Positions 1-11,569 of a stretch of DNA of 64,000 nt are shown here, piece after piece (positions within the stretch are counted from its first letter, which is position 1; the number at the start of each line of letters is the position of its first letter). Origin of the DNA: Gammaproteobacteria bacterium. GTDB lineage: Bacteria; Pseudomonadota; Gammaproteobacteria; Eutrophobiales; Eutrophobiaceae. The position numbers and the translations under genes were made by a program. The stretch is taken from positions 320,001 to 384,000 of the forward strand of contig CBDEUK010000002.1 of NCBI GenBank assembly GCA_965243205.1. The letters are read 5' to 3'. The notes under the pieces were generated by a model that ran no database searches, had not been told where the DNA came from, and saw nothing but the letters and a program-made list of their open reading frames with translations.

Positions 1-1420
1 TTACTTCGACATCGTGTTGCTTTTCAACATTCAAAATTGCTTCACGTTTTTCATTTAGAATTAACGAACTGGCGTCAACTGGAAGCTGAACAATAACCCG
101 AGAAGTCATATCCTTAATCGCTTCCTCCTCAATTAAGCGGACTAAAGATAAAGCTAGAGACTCTGTACTGCGAATGGTCCCGGTACCTTGACAACGAGGG
201 CACGTAATATGACTCGAATCGCCCAAGGATGGTCTAAGTCGTTGTCTAGACATTTCTAACAGACCGAAGCGAGAGATTCTACCAACTTGAACTCTTGCAC
301 GATCGACTTTTAGATGTTCCTTGATAGCATTTTCGACTTCACGTTGATTACGATTATTCATCATATCGATGAAATCAATCACGATTAAGCCACCTAAATC
401 GCGAAGACGTAATTGTCTGGCAATTTCAGCCGCAGCCTCTACATTAGTATTTAATGCAGTTTCTTCAATGTCGCTACCAGCCGTAGAACGAGCTGAATTA
501 ATATCGATACTGATTAAGGCTTCAGTGTGATCAATAACTAGCGCGCCACCTGATGGTAGTCGAACTTCTCTGGAAAATGCCGATTCAATTTGGTTTTCAA
601 TTTGATAACGTGTAAATAATGGATCGCTTTCTTTGTAGAGTTTTAATTTGGATAAATTATGTGGCATGACCATTTCCATAAAGTCACGTGCACGTTGGTA
701 TGTTTTTTCGTCGTCAATCCAGATTTCATTAATATCAGTACGTAAATAATCACGAATAGCACGAATGATCACTTCACTTTCTTGATAAATAAGGAAGGGA
801 GCTTCTTTTGCCGCAGCAGTTTGTTTGATCGAATCCCAAACTTGTAATAAATAATCTAAATCCCACTGTAGTTCTTCGATTGATTTACCAACACCAGCGG
901 TTCTTAAAATCAATCCTACGCCTTTGGGGATATTTAATTGATTCAAAGCTTCTCGGGCTTCAGTTCGATCACTGCCTTCAATTTGTCTTGAAACACCTCC
1001 AGCTCTTGGGTTATTTGGCATCAATACCAAATAACGTCCGGCTAGACTGATAGAGGTGGTTAGCGCTGCGCCTTTATTACCACGTTCCTCTTTCTCAATC
1101 TGGATGATGAATTCCATACCTTCTTTGAGATGTTCTTTGACATTGATACGACCAGAGGATTTTTCATCGTCGACCATTTGTTCTCGAAGAACATTATGGG
1201 AAATTTCTTTGAAGGGTAGGAAGCCGTGTCGTTCGGAGCCATAACTCACAAAGGCAGCTTCTAGGCTGGGTTCAAGTCGAACAATTTTACCTTTGTATAT
1301 ATTGGATTTTTTTTGTTCGCGCACGGTCGCTTCGATATCCAGATCGTATAATCGTTGCCCGTCGACCAAGGCAACTCGCAACTCTTCCGGCTGAGTCGCG
1401 TTAATAAGCATTCTTTTCAT
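1..1420 (-). CDS. rne: Ribonuclease E, N-terminal catalytic part (3' end outside window)
   Basis: Minus-strand ATG at 1420 reads [30 protein letters not shown]; contains IDINSAR and the CPRCQG Zn-link; divergent from rluC. Missing from ORF track because it runs off the window edge. Confidence 0.97.
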   Translation of the reverse strand, partial: MKRMLINATQPEELRVALVDGQRLYDLDIEATVREQKKSNIYKGKIVRLEPSLEAAFVSYGSERHGFLPFKEISHNVLREQMVDDEKSSGRINVKEHLKEGMEFIIQIEKEERGNKGAALTTSISLAGRYLVLMPNNPRAGGVSRQIEGSDRTEAREALNQLNIPKGVGLILRTAGVGKSIEELQWDLDYLLQVWDSIKQTAAAKEAPFLIYQESEVIIRAIRDYLRTDINEIWIDDEKTYQRARDFMEMVMPHNLSKLKLYKESDPLFTRYQIENQIESAFSREVRLPSGGALVIDHTEALISIDINSARSTAGSDIEETALNTNVEAAAEIARQLRLRDLGGLIVIDFIDMMNNRNQREVENAIKEHLKVDRARVQVGRISRFGLLEMSRQRLRPSLGDSSHITCPRCQGTGTIRSTESLALSLVRLIEEEAIKDMTSRVIVQLPVDASSLILNEKREAILNVEKQHDVEV

Positions 1421-1849
1421 TGTTTTTATCCTGTTACAACACGTCTCAACCGACTATTAGGTTGCTTAGACAGGAACCATGCTGGCTCGACTGTATTATG
1501 TTATATAGCACCCGAGGGAGACGTTTTTTGTATGTGTTTATGGAAGACTTTTCTTAGTAATCGTCTTCTTTTCATAGGCCTACTTATTTCTTAAGAAAGG
1601 CGAATGTAAATAATTAATTAAAAATTCTTTTGCCCAGTTAGCCTGATTTAAAATCGCTTACAGCTATATTTCGTATTTCTACTGATAAGCCAGACTGGAT
1701 ACAAATATGTTTCGCTACGCTTTTATGCTTTCTAAGCCTTAGTAGCTTGTAATCTGAGATATGTTATTCTCAAGTTTGTTCCACGACTCCTTAATATAGC
1801 AATCTTAGGGCAAAGCAGCAATGCTCTAGAGCCGAATAGTAATCAATTA

Positions 1850-2791
1850 ATGATGCAAAAAACCACAGGTGTTCAATATGTTAGCGTCGATTTTTCGCAA
1901 GCAGGGCGGAGAATCGATAATTTTTTACAATTACAGCTTAAAGGAGTGCCCAAAACTCGGATTTATCAGATGATTCGAAAAGGTGAGGTCAGAGTAAATG
2001 GTTCTCGCGTGAAGCAAAACCATCGGGTCGATGAAGAAGATGTTGTGAGGATTCCTCCTGTAAAATTACCAGAATCTAGTCAAGAAGCGATATATTTCTC
2101 AAATAAAATCATTACATTAATTGAAGCTTCACTATTATATGAGGATGATGCGTTATTAGTCATTAATAAACCCAGTGGACTGGTTGTTCATTCTGGTTCA
2201 GGTCAGAAAGCGGGCGTGATTGAGTATTTACGTCACATGAGGCCTGAGCTTAAATTTCTAGAATTGGCGCACCGTTTGGATAGAGATACTTCAGGATGTT
2301 TAATATTGGTTAAACAACCCAATGTTTTAAAACAAGTTCAGAATGTTTTAAAAGATCATACGATTGAAAAACATTACCTTGCTTTCGTAAAAGGGCACTT
2401 AAGGGAATCGAATTTTGAAGTATCACAACCACTCAGAAAAAATACTTTAAGTAGTGGGGAGCGTATTGTCAGAGTGGATGCAAATGGGAAGCATGCGGTT
2501 AGCCGTTTTAATAGATTGCATCAATTCAATTTGGGTAGTTTGGTAGAAGTTGAACTAATCACGGGTAGGACTCATCAAATTCGTGTGCATTCTCATTATA
2601 TGGGGCATCCAATAGCAATGGATTCTAAATACGGTGATAAAGAATTTAACAAACGAGTTAAAAAATTTGGTTTGAAGCGTATGTTCCTTCATGCACATAC
2701 TATGCTATTACCATTACCAAACTATACAGAACCTTTGCATTTAGAAGCACCGTTAAATCATGATTTAGAACAATTTTTAGAACGTATATAA
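1850..2791 (+). CDS. rluC: 23S rRNA pseudouridine synthase RluC
   Basis: S4 domain, NKPSGL and HRLDRDTSG, TGRTHQIRVH motifs; divergent from rne. Confidence 0.93.
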   Translation: MMQKTTGVQYVSVDFSQAGRRIDNFLQLQLKGVPKTRIYQMIRKGEVRVNGSRVKQNHRVDEEDVVRIPPVKLPESSQEAIYFSNKIITLIEASLLYEDDALLVINKPSGLVVHSGSGQKAGVIEYLRHMRPELKFLELAHRLDRDTSGCLILVKQPNVLKQVQNVLKDHTIEKHYLAFVKGHLRESNFEVSQPLRKNTLSSGERIVRVDANGKHAVSRFNRLHQFNLGSLVEVELITGRTHQIRVHSHYMGHPIAMDSKYGDKEFNKRVKKFGLKRMFLHAHTMLLPLPNYTEPLHLEAPLNHDLEQFLERI

Positions 2792-2836
2792 AAATTCATT
2801 TTTAAATTTATCATCTTGAAAAAATAGGAATCAAAT

Positions 2837-3766
2837 ATGTCGGACAATATTGACGATAAAATGGTAAAACAAATTGCCCATGAAGCAGTAGCCGAATTAC
2901 GGGCAGCAAGACGTTGGCGAATTTTTTTCTACAGCTTATTTGCCTTGTATTTTCTGGGTTTTATTTTAATTTTGTGGTCAAAAAATAACGATACGTTTAG
3001 TAGCGGTTATGGAAAACATACTGCTTTAATTAATATTAAAGGAATTATATCTGATCAAGCAGAAGCGAATGCAGATAGAGTCGTGACTGGACTACGTAAT
3101 GCGTTTGAGGATGAAAATACAAAAGGTGTTATTTTACGGATAAATAGTCCAGGAGGTAGCCCAGTTCAGGCTGGTTATATTAATGACGAGATTTATCGTT
3201 TGCGTGAATTACACCCTGAGATACCTGTCTACGCGGTGATCAGTGATCTATGTGCTTCGGGTGGATATTACATCGCTGCTGCGGCTGATCGAATCTATGC
3301 AGATAAAGCAAGTTTGATTGGTTCGATTGGTGTCATTATGTCAGGATTTGGTTTTGTGGATTCAATCGAAAAACTTGGGGTTGAACGCCGTTTATTAACG
3401 GCAGGGGAAAACAAAGGTTTTCTTGATCCTTTCTCACCATTAAAACATGATGAAGTAGAACATGTTAGGGGTTTGCTGGATGATATTCATCAACAGTTTA
3501 TCGATGTCGTAAAAAAAGGCCGTGGTTCTCGTATTAATGATAATGATGCATTATTTTCAGGCTTGATCTGGACGGGTGAGCAAGCGGTGGATTTAGGTTT
3601 GGCTGATGCTTTAGGTAGTTCAAGTTATGTCGCACGAGAAATTGTACAAGCTGAAGATATCATCGATTTTACGCCGAAAGAAAATTATTTAGATCGTTTT
3701 GCTGAAAGTATTGGAGCTTCTATAGCAAATACCTTGGCACCTAAACTAGAGCTATTACTGAAATAA
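2837..3766 (+). CDS. S49 family signal peptide peptidase (SppA-like, short form)
   Basis: N-terminal TM helix, INSPGGS, CASGGYY, GSIGV motifs. Confidence 0.9.
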   Translation: MSDNIDDKMVKQIAHEAVAELRAARRWRIFFYSLFALYFLGFILILWSKNNDTFSSGYGKHTALINIKGIISDQAEANADRVVTGLRNAFEDENTKGVILRINSPGGSPVQAGYINDEIYRLRELHPEIPVYAVISDLCASGGYYIAAAADRIYADKASLIGSIGVIMSGFGFVDSIEKLGVERRLLTAGENKGFLDPFSPLKHDEVEHVRGLLDDIHQQFIDVVKKGRGSRINDNDALFSGLIWTGEQAVDLGLADALGSSSYVAREIVQAEDIIDFTPKENYLDRFAESIGASIANTLAPKLELLLK

Positions 3767-3769
3767 AAT

Positions 3770-4354
3770 TTAAGGTAGTTGGACTCCTTCATTACGTAAC
3801 ATTGCAGTTAATTTAATGAGTGGAAGCCCAATTAGAGCATTCGGGTCATCACATTGGATACTATCAACTAATGTGATCCCGAGTGATTCGGATCTAAAAC
3901 TTCCTGCACAATCATAAGGTTCATCCAATTTTAGATAACGTTCTATCTCAGCATCAGATAATGCTTTAAAACTGACCTGAATTTTTTCGGCATCCAGTTG
4001 AATATGTTTGGATTCGACATTAAATAGGCAAATTGAGGTATAAAAAGTGACTGTTTTTCCTTCTACTATCTTTAACTGTTTGAATGCATTTTCATAATTG
4101 CCAGGTTTGCCTAAGAATTGATTATTACATTCTAAAACTTGATCAGAAGCGATAATCAGGCCTGTAGATAGCTCATTCGCGATTTTTTCAGCTTTTTCTT
4201 GAGCTAATCTGAAACACAGTTTTTCGGGTGTTTCACCAGTGTTAGGTGTTTCATCAATATTTGGAGCGGCAACATCAAATGGTAACCGTAAGCGTTGCAA
4301 TAAAGTCTTACGATAGGGTGAAGTTGAAGCTAGAATTATTTTTGCAGTAGAAAT
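3770..4354 (-). CDS. Maf-family nucleoside triphosphate pyrophosphatase (YceF-like); probable ATT start
   Basis: Frame extends upstream of the ORF-track start to include the conserved ILASTSPYR motif; also SDQV, CAGSF, NALIGLPL; divergent from yceD. Confidence 0.88.
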   Translation of the reverse strand: MSTAKIILASTSPYRKTLLQRLRLPFDVAAPNIDETPNTGETPEKLCFRLAQEKAEKIANELSTGLIIASDQVLECNNQFLGKPGNYENAFKQLKIVEGKTVTFYTSICLFNVESKHIQLDAEKIQVSFKALSDAEIERYLKLDEPYDCAGSFRSESLGITLVDSIQCDDPNALIGLPLIKLTAMLRNEGVQLP

Positions 4355-4436
4355 AGCAATATCCTCAAATTTTAGTCATAAATTAGCTTAAAAATTATTA
4401 TATATATCAATAATATATGTACTTTAATAGGTTTTT

Positions 4437-4465
4437 TTGACACGTACGCATGCACTGGCTACACT
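4437..4465 (+). promoter_or_regulatory. sigma70 promoter of the yceD-rpmF-plsX-fab operon
   Basis: TTGACA (4437-4442), 17 bp, TACACT (4460-4465); implies the real yceD start is ATG 4476 with a very short leader. Confidence 0.7.
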
Positions 4466-4475
4466 TGCGCGCCTA

Positions 4476-4976
4476 ATGTCACCTGAGCCGGCAGATATAT
4501 TACACCCAATTCGCTTGATAAAATCGGAAGCGGTATTGGAAGGCGAACTTCCCCTCAAAGAGATGGAACGGCTAAGAAGCGTGTTGTTACATACAGAAGA
4601 CAGTGTAACGTACCGTTTGAAGTTTGCTACAGATGAATTTGGTCGAAACTACATTCAAGAACGAATTTCGACAACTATAAGTCTACAGTGCCAACGTTGT
4701 TTGGGTGAAGTCAGAGTTGATATTAATTCTGAAAACCGATTGGCCATAGTAGCCAATAATGAAGTAGCTCAAGAACTGCCGACAGAGTATGAACCTCTTG
4801 TCATTACAGAAGATGAGCTGAGTTTAAGTGCGTTAATTGAAGATGAATTATTATTGGCGTTACCAATATCGCCAACTCATGGTGTTGATGAATGCCCAGT
4901 TAAACTGGAGCGGCCCATGAAAAGTGAGAAGCAGAATCCTTTTGCAGTGATTAAACAACTGCAAAAATCAAAATAG
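4476..4976 (+). CDS. yceD: YceD/DUF177 23S rRNA accumulation protein
   Basis: CQRCL and EDELLLALP...H, C-terminal NPFAV; directly upstream of rpmF. Confidence 0.9.
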   Translation: MSPEPADILHPIRLIKSEAVLEGELPLKEMERLRSVLLHTEDSVTYRLKFATDEFGRNYIQERISTTISLQCQRCLGEVRVDINSENRLAIVANNEVAQELPTEYEPLVITEDELSLSALIEDELLLALPISPTHGVDECPVKLERPMKSEKQNPFAVIKQLQKSK

Positions 4977-4987
4977 GAGCATAAACC

Positions 4988-5179
4988 ATGGCTGTACAAC
5001 AAAATAAGAAATCGAGTTCACGTCGCGATATGCGTCGTTCACATGATTCATTAAAGGCTACTACATTATCAATTGAGCCAGAATCTGGTGAAACCCATCG
5101 TCGTCATCATATCAGTGCAGATGGTTATTATCGTGGTCGTCAAGTTATTCAAACTCAGGTTGATGACGACGAAGAATAA
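4988..5179 (+). CDS. rpmF: 50S ribosomal protein L32
   Basis: [20 protein letters not shown]...HRRHH...YRGR; Cys-less (C-) form. Confidence 0.97.
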   Translation: MAVQQNKKSSSRRDMRRSHDSLKATTLSIEPESGETHRRHHISADGYYRGRQVIQTQVDDDEE

Positions 5180-5269
5180 TTAAATAATTATCTTAGTCTG
5201 TAATGACCTCTACACTAGCGGGTACGTTTATCCCTGCTGGTTTAAAAATATAATAATTAAGAGAAATCT

Positions 5270-6292
5270 TTGAATATAAAAATTGCACTCGATGCTATGG
5301 GAGGCGACCATGGTCCTTCCGAGATTATTCCAGCCGCAATTAGCGCCTTAGCCAAATTTCCAGAATTAGAGTTGGTTTTAGTTGGTCAAGAAGACAAACT
5401 CGTCGACGAATTATCAAAACAAAAACAATACGATTCTGCTCGTATAGAAATTCATCATGCCTCTGAAATTGTCGAGATGGATGAGTTGCCATCTACTGTA
5501 CTTCGCAATAAAAAAGATTCATCTATGCGTGTAGCCATTGATTTGGTTAAGCAAGAACGTGTAGATGCCTGTGTTAGTGCTGGTAATACTGGAGCCTTGA
5601 TGGCGACAGCTCGATTTGTATTAAAGATGTTACCTGGTATTGATCGACCAGCTATTTGTGGAATCATGCCTAGGATAGAAGGTTATACTCGAATGCTTGA
5701 CCTAGGTGCTAATGTAGATTCAAGTTCTGAGCAACTATTTCAATTTGCCGTGATGGGTTCTGAACTTACCAGCGCACTTGAAGAAAAATCGAACCCAACA
5801 GTTGGTTTATTAAATGTTGGTGCTGAAGAAATCAAAGGTAATGACTGTGTAAAACAAGCAGCAGCTTTATTATCGGATAGTCATTTGAATTATGTTGGTT
5901 TTGTTGAAGGCAATGATATTTTTACTGGCGAAGTCGATGTTATTGTCTGTGATGGTTTTGCCGGTAATATCGCATTAAAGGCGAGTGAAGGCGTGGCACA
6001 ATTCTTAGGACATCATGCTAAAGCATCATTTAAAAAATCTTTATACGGAAAGTTTGCTGCTACATTAGCAATGCCTGTTTTAAAATCGCTCAGAAAAAAA
6101 ATTGATCCAAGACGTTATAACGGCGCAAGTTTATTAGGACTAAAAGGTATTGTTATCAAAAGCCATGGTGGTGCTGATCGTTTGTCTTTCGTTCATGCAA
6201 TTGAAGAAGCGATCATGGAAGTTGGTCATAATGTTCCTGATCGAATAGGCCACTTGCTTGAAGATTTGTTAATCGAAAGGGAGGCCGTTTAA
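5270..6292 (+). CDS. plsX: Phosphate acyltransferase PlsX
   Basis: [29 protein letters not shown] motifs. Confidence 0.97.
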   Translation: MNIKIALDAMGGDHGPSEIIPAAISALAKFPELELVLVGQEDKLVDELSKQKQYDSARIEIHHASEIVEMDELPSTVLRNKKDSSMRVAIDLVKQERVDACVSAGNTGALMATARFVLKMLPGIDRPAICGIMPRIEGYTRMLDLGANVDSSSEQLFQFAVMGSELTSALEEKSNPTVGLLNVGAEEIKGNDCVKQAAALLSDSHLNYVGFVEGNDIFTGEVDVIVCDGFAGNIALKASEGVAQFLGHHAKASFKKSLYGKFAATLAMPVLKSLRKKIDPRRYNGASLLGLKGIVIKSHGGADRLSFVHAIEEAIMEVGHNVPDRIGHLLEDLLIEREAV

Positions 6293-7257
6293 TGTTCAGT
6301 CGAATCATCGGTACAGGGAGTTATTTGCCTGAAAAAGTATTAGCAAATGCTGAACTTGAAAGCATGGTTGATACAACGGACGAATGGATTCAAAGTCGTA
6401 CTGGAATTAAAAAACGTCATATTGCAGCTGATGATCAATCAACCTGTGACCTAGCTGAAGAAGCTGCTCTTAAAGCGATCAAAGCCGCTGGTATAACAGC
6501 ACAAGAGATTGACCTTATTATTGTCGCGACAACTACGCCTGATATGGTTTTTCCTAGTACAGCTTGTTTATTACAACAACGTTTGAATATTCATGGTTGT
6601 CCTGCATTCGATGTACAGGCGGTTTGTACAGGTTTTATTTATGCTTTAAACGTCGCCGATAAATATATCCGTACCAATAGCGCAAAAAATGTTTTGGTTG
6701 TTGGTGCTGAAATTTATTCACGGATTATTGATTGGACGGATCGTTCAACTTGTGTGTTATTTGGTGATGGGGCAGGTGCTGTCGTTCTGCAAGCGAATGA
6801 AGAAGCGGGTATTTTATCGTCACATATTCACGCTGATGGTGAATATCAAAACTTATTAAAAGTCCCGAATGGTCCTGGTGCAGCAAAATCAATTACAGAA
6901 ACCGATCCTTCAGTTGTTTATATGCAAGGTAATGAAGTATTTAAAATGGCGGTTAATACATTAGGACGTATTGTTGATGAAACCTTAGAAGCGAATAGCT
7001 TAGAGAAAGAAGATATTGATTGGCTAGTTCCCCATCAAGCAAATATTCGAATCATAACAGCAACAGCAAAAAAATTATCGATGCCTATGGATAGAGTTGT
7101 TGTAACAGTCGCTGATACGGGTAATACATCAGCTGCTTCAGTACCTATTGCTTTAGATGTCGCTGTAAAGGATGGCAGAATTACTCGCGGTGATAAAATA
7201 TTGTTAGAAGCCTTTGGTGGAGGATTTACCTGGGGTTCCGCCTTAGTTATTTATTAA
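6292..7257 (+). CDS. fabH: Beta-ketoacyl-ACP synthase III
   Basis: AVCTGF, PHQAN, GNTSAAS, GGGFTWG. Confidence 0.97.
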   Translation: MFSRIIGTGSYLPEKVLANAELESMVDTTDEWIQSRTGIKKRHIAADDQSTCDLAEEAALKAIKAAGITAQEIDLIIVATTTPDMVFPSTACLLQQRLNIHGCPAFDVQAVCTGFIYALNVADKYIRTNSAKNVLVVGAEIYSRIIDWTDRSTCVLFGDGAGAVVLQANEEAGILSSHIHADGEYQNLLKVPNGPGAAKSITETDPSVVYMQGNEVFKMAVNTLGRIVDETLEANSLEKEDIDWLVPHQANIRIITATAKKLSMPMDRVVVTVADTGNTSAASVPIALDVAVKDGRITRGDKILLEAFGGGFTWGSALVIY

Positions 7258-7282
7258 GTGTATAAACTATAAGATACAAATT

Positions 7283-8215
7283 ATGACAACAGCTTTTATA
7301 TTTCCAGGCCAAGGTTCTCAATCAGTTGGTATGCTGAGTGATTTTGCTGATTCTCCATTAGTTAAAGAAACCTTTGAAGAGGCTTCTTCAGTTTTGGGTT
7401 TTGACTTGTGGAACATGACACAACAAGGCCCTGATTCAGAGTTAAACTCAACCGATAATACTCAACCAGCTTTACTTACAGCGAGTATAGCTTTGTATCG
7501 ATTATGGATATCTCAGTCTGATGCGTTACCTCAAGTTATGGCAGGGCATAGTTTAGGTGAATACTCTGCATTAGTTGCTGCAGGCACCATTGAATTTAAA
7601 GATGCTGTTCAATTAGTACGTACTCGTGGCCAATTTATGCAAGCAGCGGTTCCAGAAGGTGTTGGAGCTATGGCGGCAATTCTAGGTTTAGAAGATCAAG
7701 TCTTAGTTGATTTATGTAAAAAAGTTTCTAATAACGATGAGTTCGTCAGTGCTGCAAATTTTAATTCATCTGGGCAAGTGGTTGTGGCTGGACATAAAGC
7801 AGCTGTTGAAGCAGTCGTAGCTGAAGCGAAAGAAGCTGGAGCTAAACGTTCTGTTATCTTACCTGTAAGCGTGCCATCGCACTGTGAATTAATGAAACCA
7901 GCTGCAGAAAAACTTAAAGATATTATTTCGGATATTACATTCAAAGAATCATCTATATCGGTGATTCAAAATGTTGATGCTAATGTTCATACTGACATAA
8001 ATGTTATTAAAGAATCTTTAATAGAACAATTATACAAACCAGTACAATGGACTAAATGCATTGGTAATTTATCAGAACAAAACATTGAAACCGTGATCGA
8101 GTGTGGTCCGGGTAAAGTATTGTCAGGATTGGTCAAACGTATCGATAGAAATCTAACATGTTTACCAATTTTAGATAAAGCTTCATTTGATAAAGCAATA
8201 GAAACATTAAATTAA
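7283..8215 (+). CDS. fabD: Malonyl-CoA:ACP transacylase
   Basis: FPGQGSQ, GHSLGEY, VPSH. Confidence 0.97.
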   Translation: MTTAFIFPGQGSQSVGMLSDFADSPLVKETFEEASSVLGFDLWNMTQQGPDSELNSTDNTQPALLTASIALYRLWISQSDALPQVMAGHSLGEYSALVAAGTIEFKDAVQLVRTRGQFMQAAVPEGVGAMAAILGLEDQVLVDLCKKVSNNDEFVSAANFNSSGQVVVAGHKAAVEAVVAEAKEAGAKRSVILPVSVPSHCELMKPAAEKLKDIISDITFKESSISVIQNVDANVHTDINVIKESLIEQLYKPVQWTKCIGNLSEQNIETVIECGPGKVLSGLVKRIDRNLTCLPILDKASFDKAIETLN

Positions 8216-8226
8216 ACTGAAAGAAA

Positions 8227-8970
8227 ATGAATTTAACTGAACAACAAGCGATAGTAACAGGTGCCAGTCGAGGTATTGGTAAAGCCATTGCTCTAGAATT
8301 AGCTTCTTTAGGTGTCAATGTTGTAGGAACTGCGACATCTCAAAAAGGAGCGGATGCTATTAAACAAGATTTTGCAGATAAAGGATTTAAAGGGCATGGG
8401 TTAGTACTCAATGTATCTGAGCAATCTTCTATTGAAGAATTTGCAAAAGCTCTTGAAGAAAATGATATTAACCCCCAAATATTGGTTAATAACGCAGGTA
8501 TCACTCGTGATAATTTAATGTTGCGCATGAAAGACGATGAGTGGACAGATGTGATAAATACGAATTTAAATTCAGTATACCATCTGACTAAAACCGTATT
8601 GCGTGGGATGATGAAGCAACGCTATGGTCGAATAATTAATATTACTTCTGTCGTTGGTTTATCAGGAAACGCTGGGCAGAGCAACTACGCTGCTACTAAA
8701 GCTGGAATGATCGGTTTTACTAAGTCTCTAGCAAGAGAAGTAGGATCAAGAGGTATAACGGTCAACTCAGTTGCTCCAGGTTTTATTCAAACTGACATGA
8801 CAGACGTCTTAACTGAAGAACAAAAATCCACCATGCTTGAACAAATTCCTTTAGCTAGATTAGGTCAGCCTGAAGAGATTGCGAAAGCAGTGACTTTTTT
8901 AGTCAGTGATGCAGGCGCATATATTACTGGCGAGACAATTAACGTAAATGGCGGTATGTACATGGCGTAA
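8227..8970 (+). CDS. fabG: 3-oxoacyl-ACP reductase
   Basis: TGASRGIG, NNAGITRD, YAATK, NGGM. Confidence 0.97.
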   Translation: MNLTEQQAIVTGASRGIGKAIALELASLGVNVVGTATSQKGADAIKQDFADKGFKGHGLVLNVSEQSSIEEFAKALEENDINPQILVNNAGITRDNLMLRMKDDEWTDVINTNLNSVYHLTKTVLRGMMKQRYGRIINITSVVGLSGNAGQSNYAATKAGMIGFTKSLAREVGSRGITVNSVAPGFIQTDMTDVLTEEQKSTMLEQIPLARLGQPEEIAKAVTFLVSDAGAYITGETINVNGGMYMA

Positions 8971-9123
8971 AAAATCTAGAATTAACTTTAAATTATAAAT
9001 ATAATTATTTGAATTTATTAATAAAAATATTTTGAAAAGACTCTAACTTGCAAGATATTTTGTTTTCACTAAACTTACACACGCATTTGGGCCAGTAGGC
9101 CTACAACGGAGGACATTTCCATC

Positions 9124-9360
9124 ATGAGCAGTGTAGAAGAACGAGTAAAAAAAATCGTAGTAGAACAATTAGGTGTTAAAGATGAAGAGGTTACTAATGA
9201 AGCATCATTCGTTGATGACCTTGGTGCTGATTCTTTGGATACTGTAGAGTTAGTAATGGCTCTAGAAGAAGAATTTAAAACTGAAATTCCAGACGAAGAA
9301 GCTGAAAAAATTACATCAGTACAACAAGCGATTGACTACGTTAACGCAAATCAAAGTTAA
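9124..9360 (+). CDS. acpP: Acyl carrier protein
   Basis: [20 protein letters not shown]. Confidence 0.98.
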   Translation: MSSVEERVKKIVVEQLGVKDEEVTNEASFVDDLGADSLDTVELVMALEEEFKTEIPDEEAEKITSVQQAIDYVNANQS

Positions 9361-9380
9361 TCTATAGTCCTACACAGCAC

Positions 9381-9417
9381 AAGGCCGCGTAGTTTCTGCG
9401 CGGCCTTTGCTTTATTT
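9381..9417 (+). terminator. Intrinsic terminator-like hairpin after acpP
   Basis: AAGGCCGCGTAG-ttt-CTGCGCGGCCTT stem followed by T-rich tract. Confidence 0.75.
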
Positions 9418-9446
9418 AACGAACTTTAAGTATCCGAGGTAACGAA

Positions 9447-10685
9447 TTGAGTAAACGACGAGTTGTTGTCACTGGATTGGGTATAGTTTCACCAGTAGGT
9501 AATACAATTAGTGAAAGCTGGGATAATATTCTAGCAGGCAAAAGTGGAATTGCGCCTATTGAGCACTTTGATGTGAGCGATTTTCCTGTGCGTTTTGGAG
9601 GCTCAATCAAAGACTTGGATATAGAGCAATATATTTCTAGAAAAGACCAGCGTAAAATGGATCCATTTATCCATTATGGAATGATTGCAGGCATTCAGGC
9701 GATTGAAGACTCTGGTCTTGAAGTCACCGATAATAATGCAACTCGTATTGGTGTTGCGATTGGTTCAGGTATTGGTGGTTTACCTGGAATAGAAAAGGGC
9801 ACTGAGCAAATTCTTAATGGCGGGCCACGAAAAATATCCCCTTTCTTTGTCCCTAGTAATATTATCAATATGATTTCAGGTAATCTTTCGATTCGTTATG
9901 GATTGAAAGGCCCTAACTTTTCTATCGTAACAGCGTGTACCACGGGTACTCACAATATTGGTGATGCATTTCGTATTATTCAATATGGTGATGCTGATGT
10001 AATGGTCGCTGGTGGTGCTGAAATGGCAACATCTCCTTGTGGATTAGCCGGTTTTGCAAATGCTAAGGCTCTTTCGACTCGAAACGATTCCCCAGAAACT
10101 GCTTCTCGTCCTTGGGATCAAGATCGTGATGGTTTTGTATTAAGCGATGGTGCGGGTGTTTTAGTACTAGAAGAATATGAGCATGCAAAACAACGCGGTG
10201 CAAAAATATACGCCGAGATGATTGGTTACGGTATGAGTGGTGACGCTTACCACATGACTGCACCATCAGAAAATGGTGAAGGTGCATCTCGTTGTATGAA
10301 TAACGCATTAAACGATGCAGGCATAAACCCAGAACAAGTGAATTATATTAATGCTCATGGAACCTCTACCCCTGCTGGTGATATAGCTGAAACCATGGCA
10401 GTTAAATCAACATTTGGTGAGCATGCGCAGAACTTGGTAATGAGCTCAACCAAATCAATGATTGGTCATTTATTAGGCGCCGCTGGTGGTGTAGAGGCTA
10501 TTTATTCAATTCTAGCCTTAAATGATCAAGTCGCTCCACCAACCATTAATTTAGATAACCCAAGTGATGGTTGTGATTTAGATTACGCTGCTAATGAAGC
10601 AAAACCAATTGAAATGAATGTTTGTCTTTCAAATTCATTTGGCTTTGGCGGCACCAATGGAACCGTTATATTTAAACGCGTGTAA
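9447..10685 (+). CDS. fabF: Beta-ketoacyl-ACP synthase II
   Basis: [30 protein letters not shown]. Confidence 0.97.
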   Translation: MSKRRVVVTGLGIVSPVGNTISESWDNILAGKSGIAPIEHFDVSDFPVRFGGSIKDLDIEQYISRKDQRKMDPFIHYGMIAGIQAIEDSGLEVTDNNATRIGVAIGSGIGGLPGIEKGTEQILNGGPRKISPFFVPSNIINMISGNLSIRYGLKGPNFSIVTACTTGTHNIGDAFRIIQYGDADVMVAGGAEMATSPCGLAGFANAKALSTRNDSPETASRPWDQDRDGFVLSDGAGVLVLEEYEHAKQRGAKIYAEMIGYGMSGDAYHMTAPSENGEGASRCMNNALNDAGINPEQVNYINAHGTSTPAGDIAETMAVKSTFGEHAQNLVMSSTKSMIGHLLGAAGGVEAIYSILALNDQVAPPTINLDNPSDGCDLDYAANEAKPIEMNVCLSNSFGFGGTNGTVIFKRV

Positions 10686-10706
10686 TTCTTAAGAATACTA
10701 TACACT

Positions 10707-11561
10707 ATGGCCATGACTCGGCCAGATTCTCAAAATAATATCCTAATAAATGGTCAGCCTACAGACTCGATATCGATTCATGATAGAGGTCTGCAATATG
10801 GTGATGGGTTGTTTGAAACCATTGCTGTTGTTAATGGACAGCCTTTACTTCTAGAAAAGCATCTTTCTAGATTAACGAATAGTGCGGATCTTCTAAAATT
10901 TCCAAATCAAAACATTAATATCATTAAAAATGAATTATTTGAATTTTCTCAATCAATCGATCGAGGCATAATCAAAATAATTTTAACGAGGGGAGTTGGT
11001 GGAAGAGGTTATGGATTACCAACTGAACAATCCCCTAATCGAATTCTAGTAAAATACCCTTGGCCTGATTATCCTCAAGATATGATTGTAAATGGCGTGA
11101 AGTTGCGAATTTGTGACCTACGACTATCCAAACAAGCAATTTTTTTTGGTAGTAAACATCTCAATCGATTAGAACAAGTAATGGCACGTAGTGAATGGAG
11201 TGATAAGGCTATTTTTGAAGGATTATTATTGGATGAAAATGATAAAATCATTGAATGTACAATGAGTAATGTATTTTTTATTAAAGATAAAACATTATTC
11301 ACACCTGAGCTTAATAAATCTGGTGTAAAAGGTATATTACGTGAAGTGGTATTAGAACATGCAGAAAAACTTGGTTTTAAAACCACCGAATCGTCTATGG
11401 TTATTTCGGATTTAAATCAAATGGAAGAATGTTTTATTACAAATTCGATTATAGGTATCTGTCCAGTAAATCAATTAAGTAATATTCGATTTAATAATTT
11501 GATTCAATCTAAATCCATTAGAGAACATTTAATTCAACATAATATGATTGCAAATATATAA
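10707..11561 (+). CDS. pabC: Aminodeoxychorismate lyase
   Basis: DRGLQYGDGLFET, KHLNRLEQV; canonical position after fabF. Confidence 0.93.
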   Translation: MAMTRPDSQNNILINGQPTDSISIHDRGLQYGDGLFETIAVVNGQPLLLEKHLSRLTNSADLLKFPNQNINIIKNELFEFSQSIDRGIIKIILTRGVGGRGYGLPTEQSPNRILVKYPWPDYPQDMIVNGVKLRICDLRLSKQAIFFGSKHLNRLEQVMARSEWSDKAIFEGLLLDENDKIIECTMSNVFFIKDKTLFTPELNKSGVKGILREVVLEHAEKLGFKTTESSMVISDLNQMEECFITNSIIGICPVNQLSNIRFNNLIQSKSIREHLIQHNMIANI

Positions 11562-11569
11562 TTAACGAC

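Noticed and set aside
1056-1594. ORF-track ORFs 1056-1244, 1060-1242, 1355-1594
   Set aside because: Shadow frames of rne and its leader.
4437-4475. TTG start for yceD
   Set aside because: The TTG is the -35 hexamer of a good promoter; ATG 4476 is preferred.
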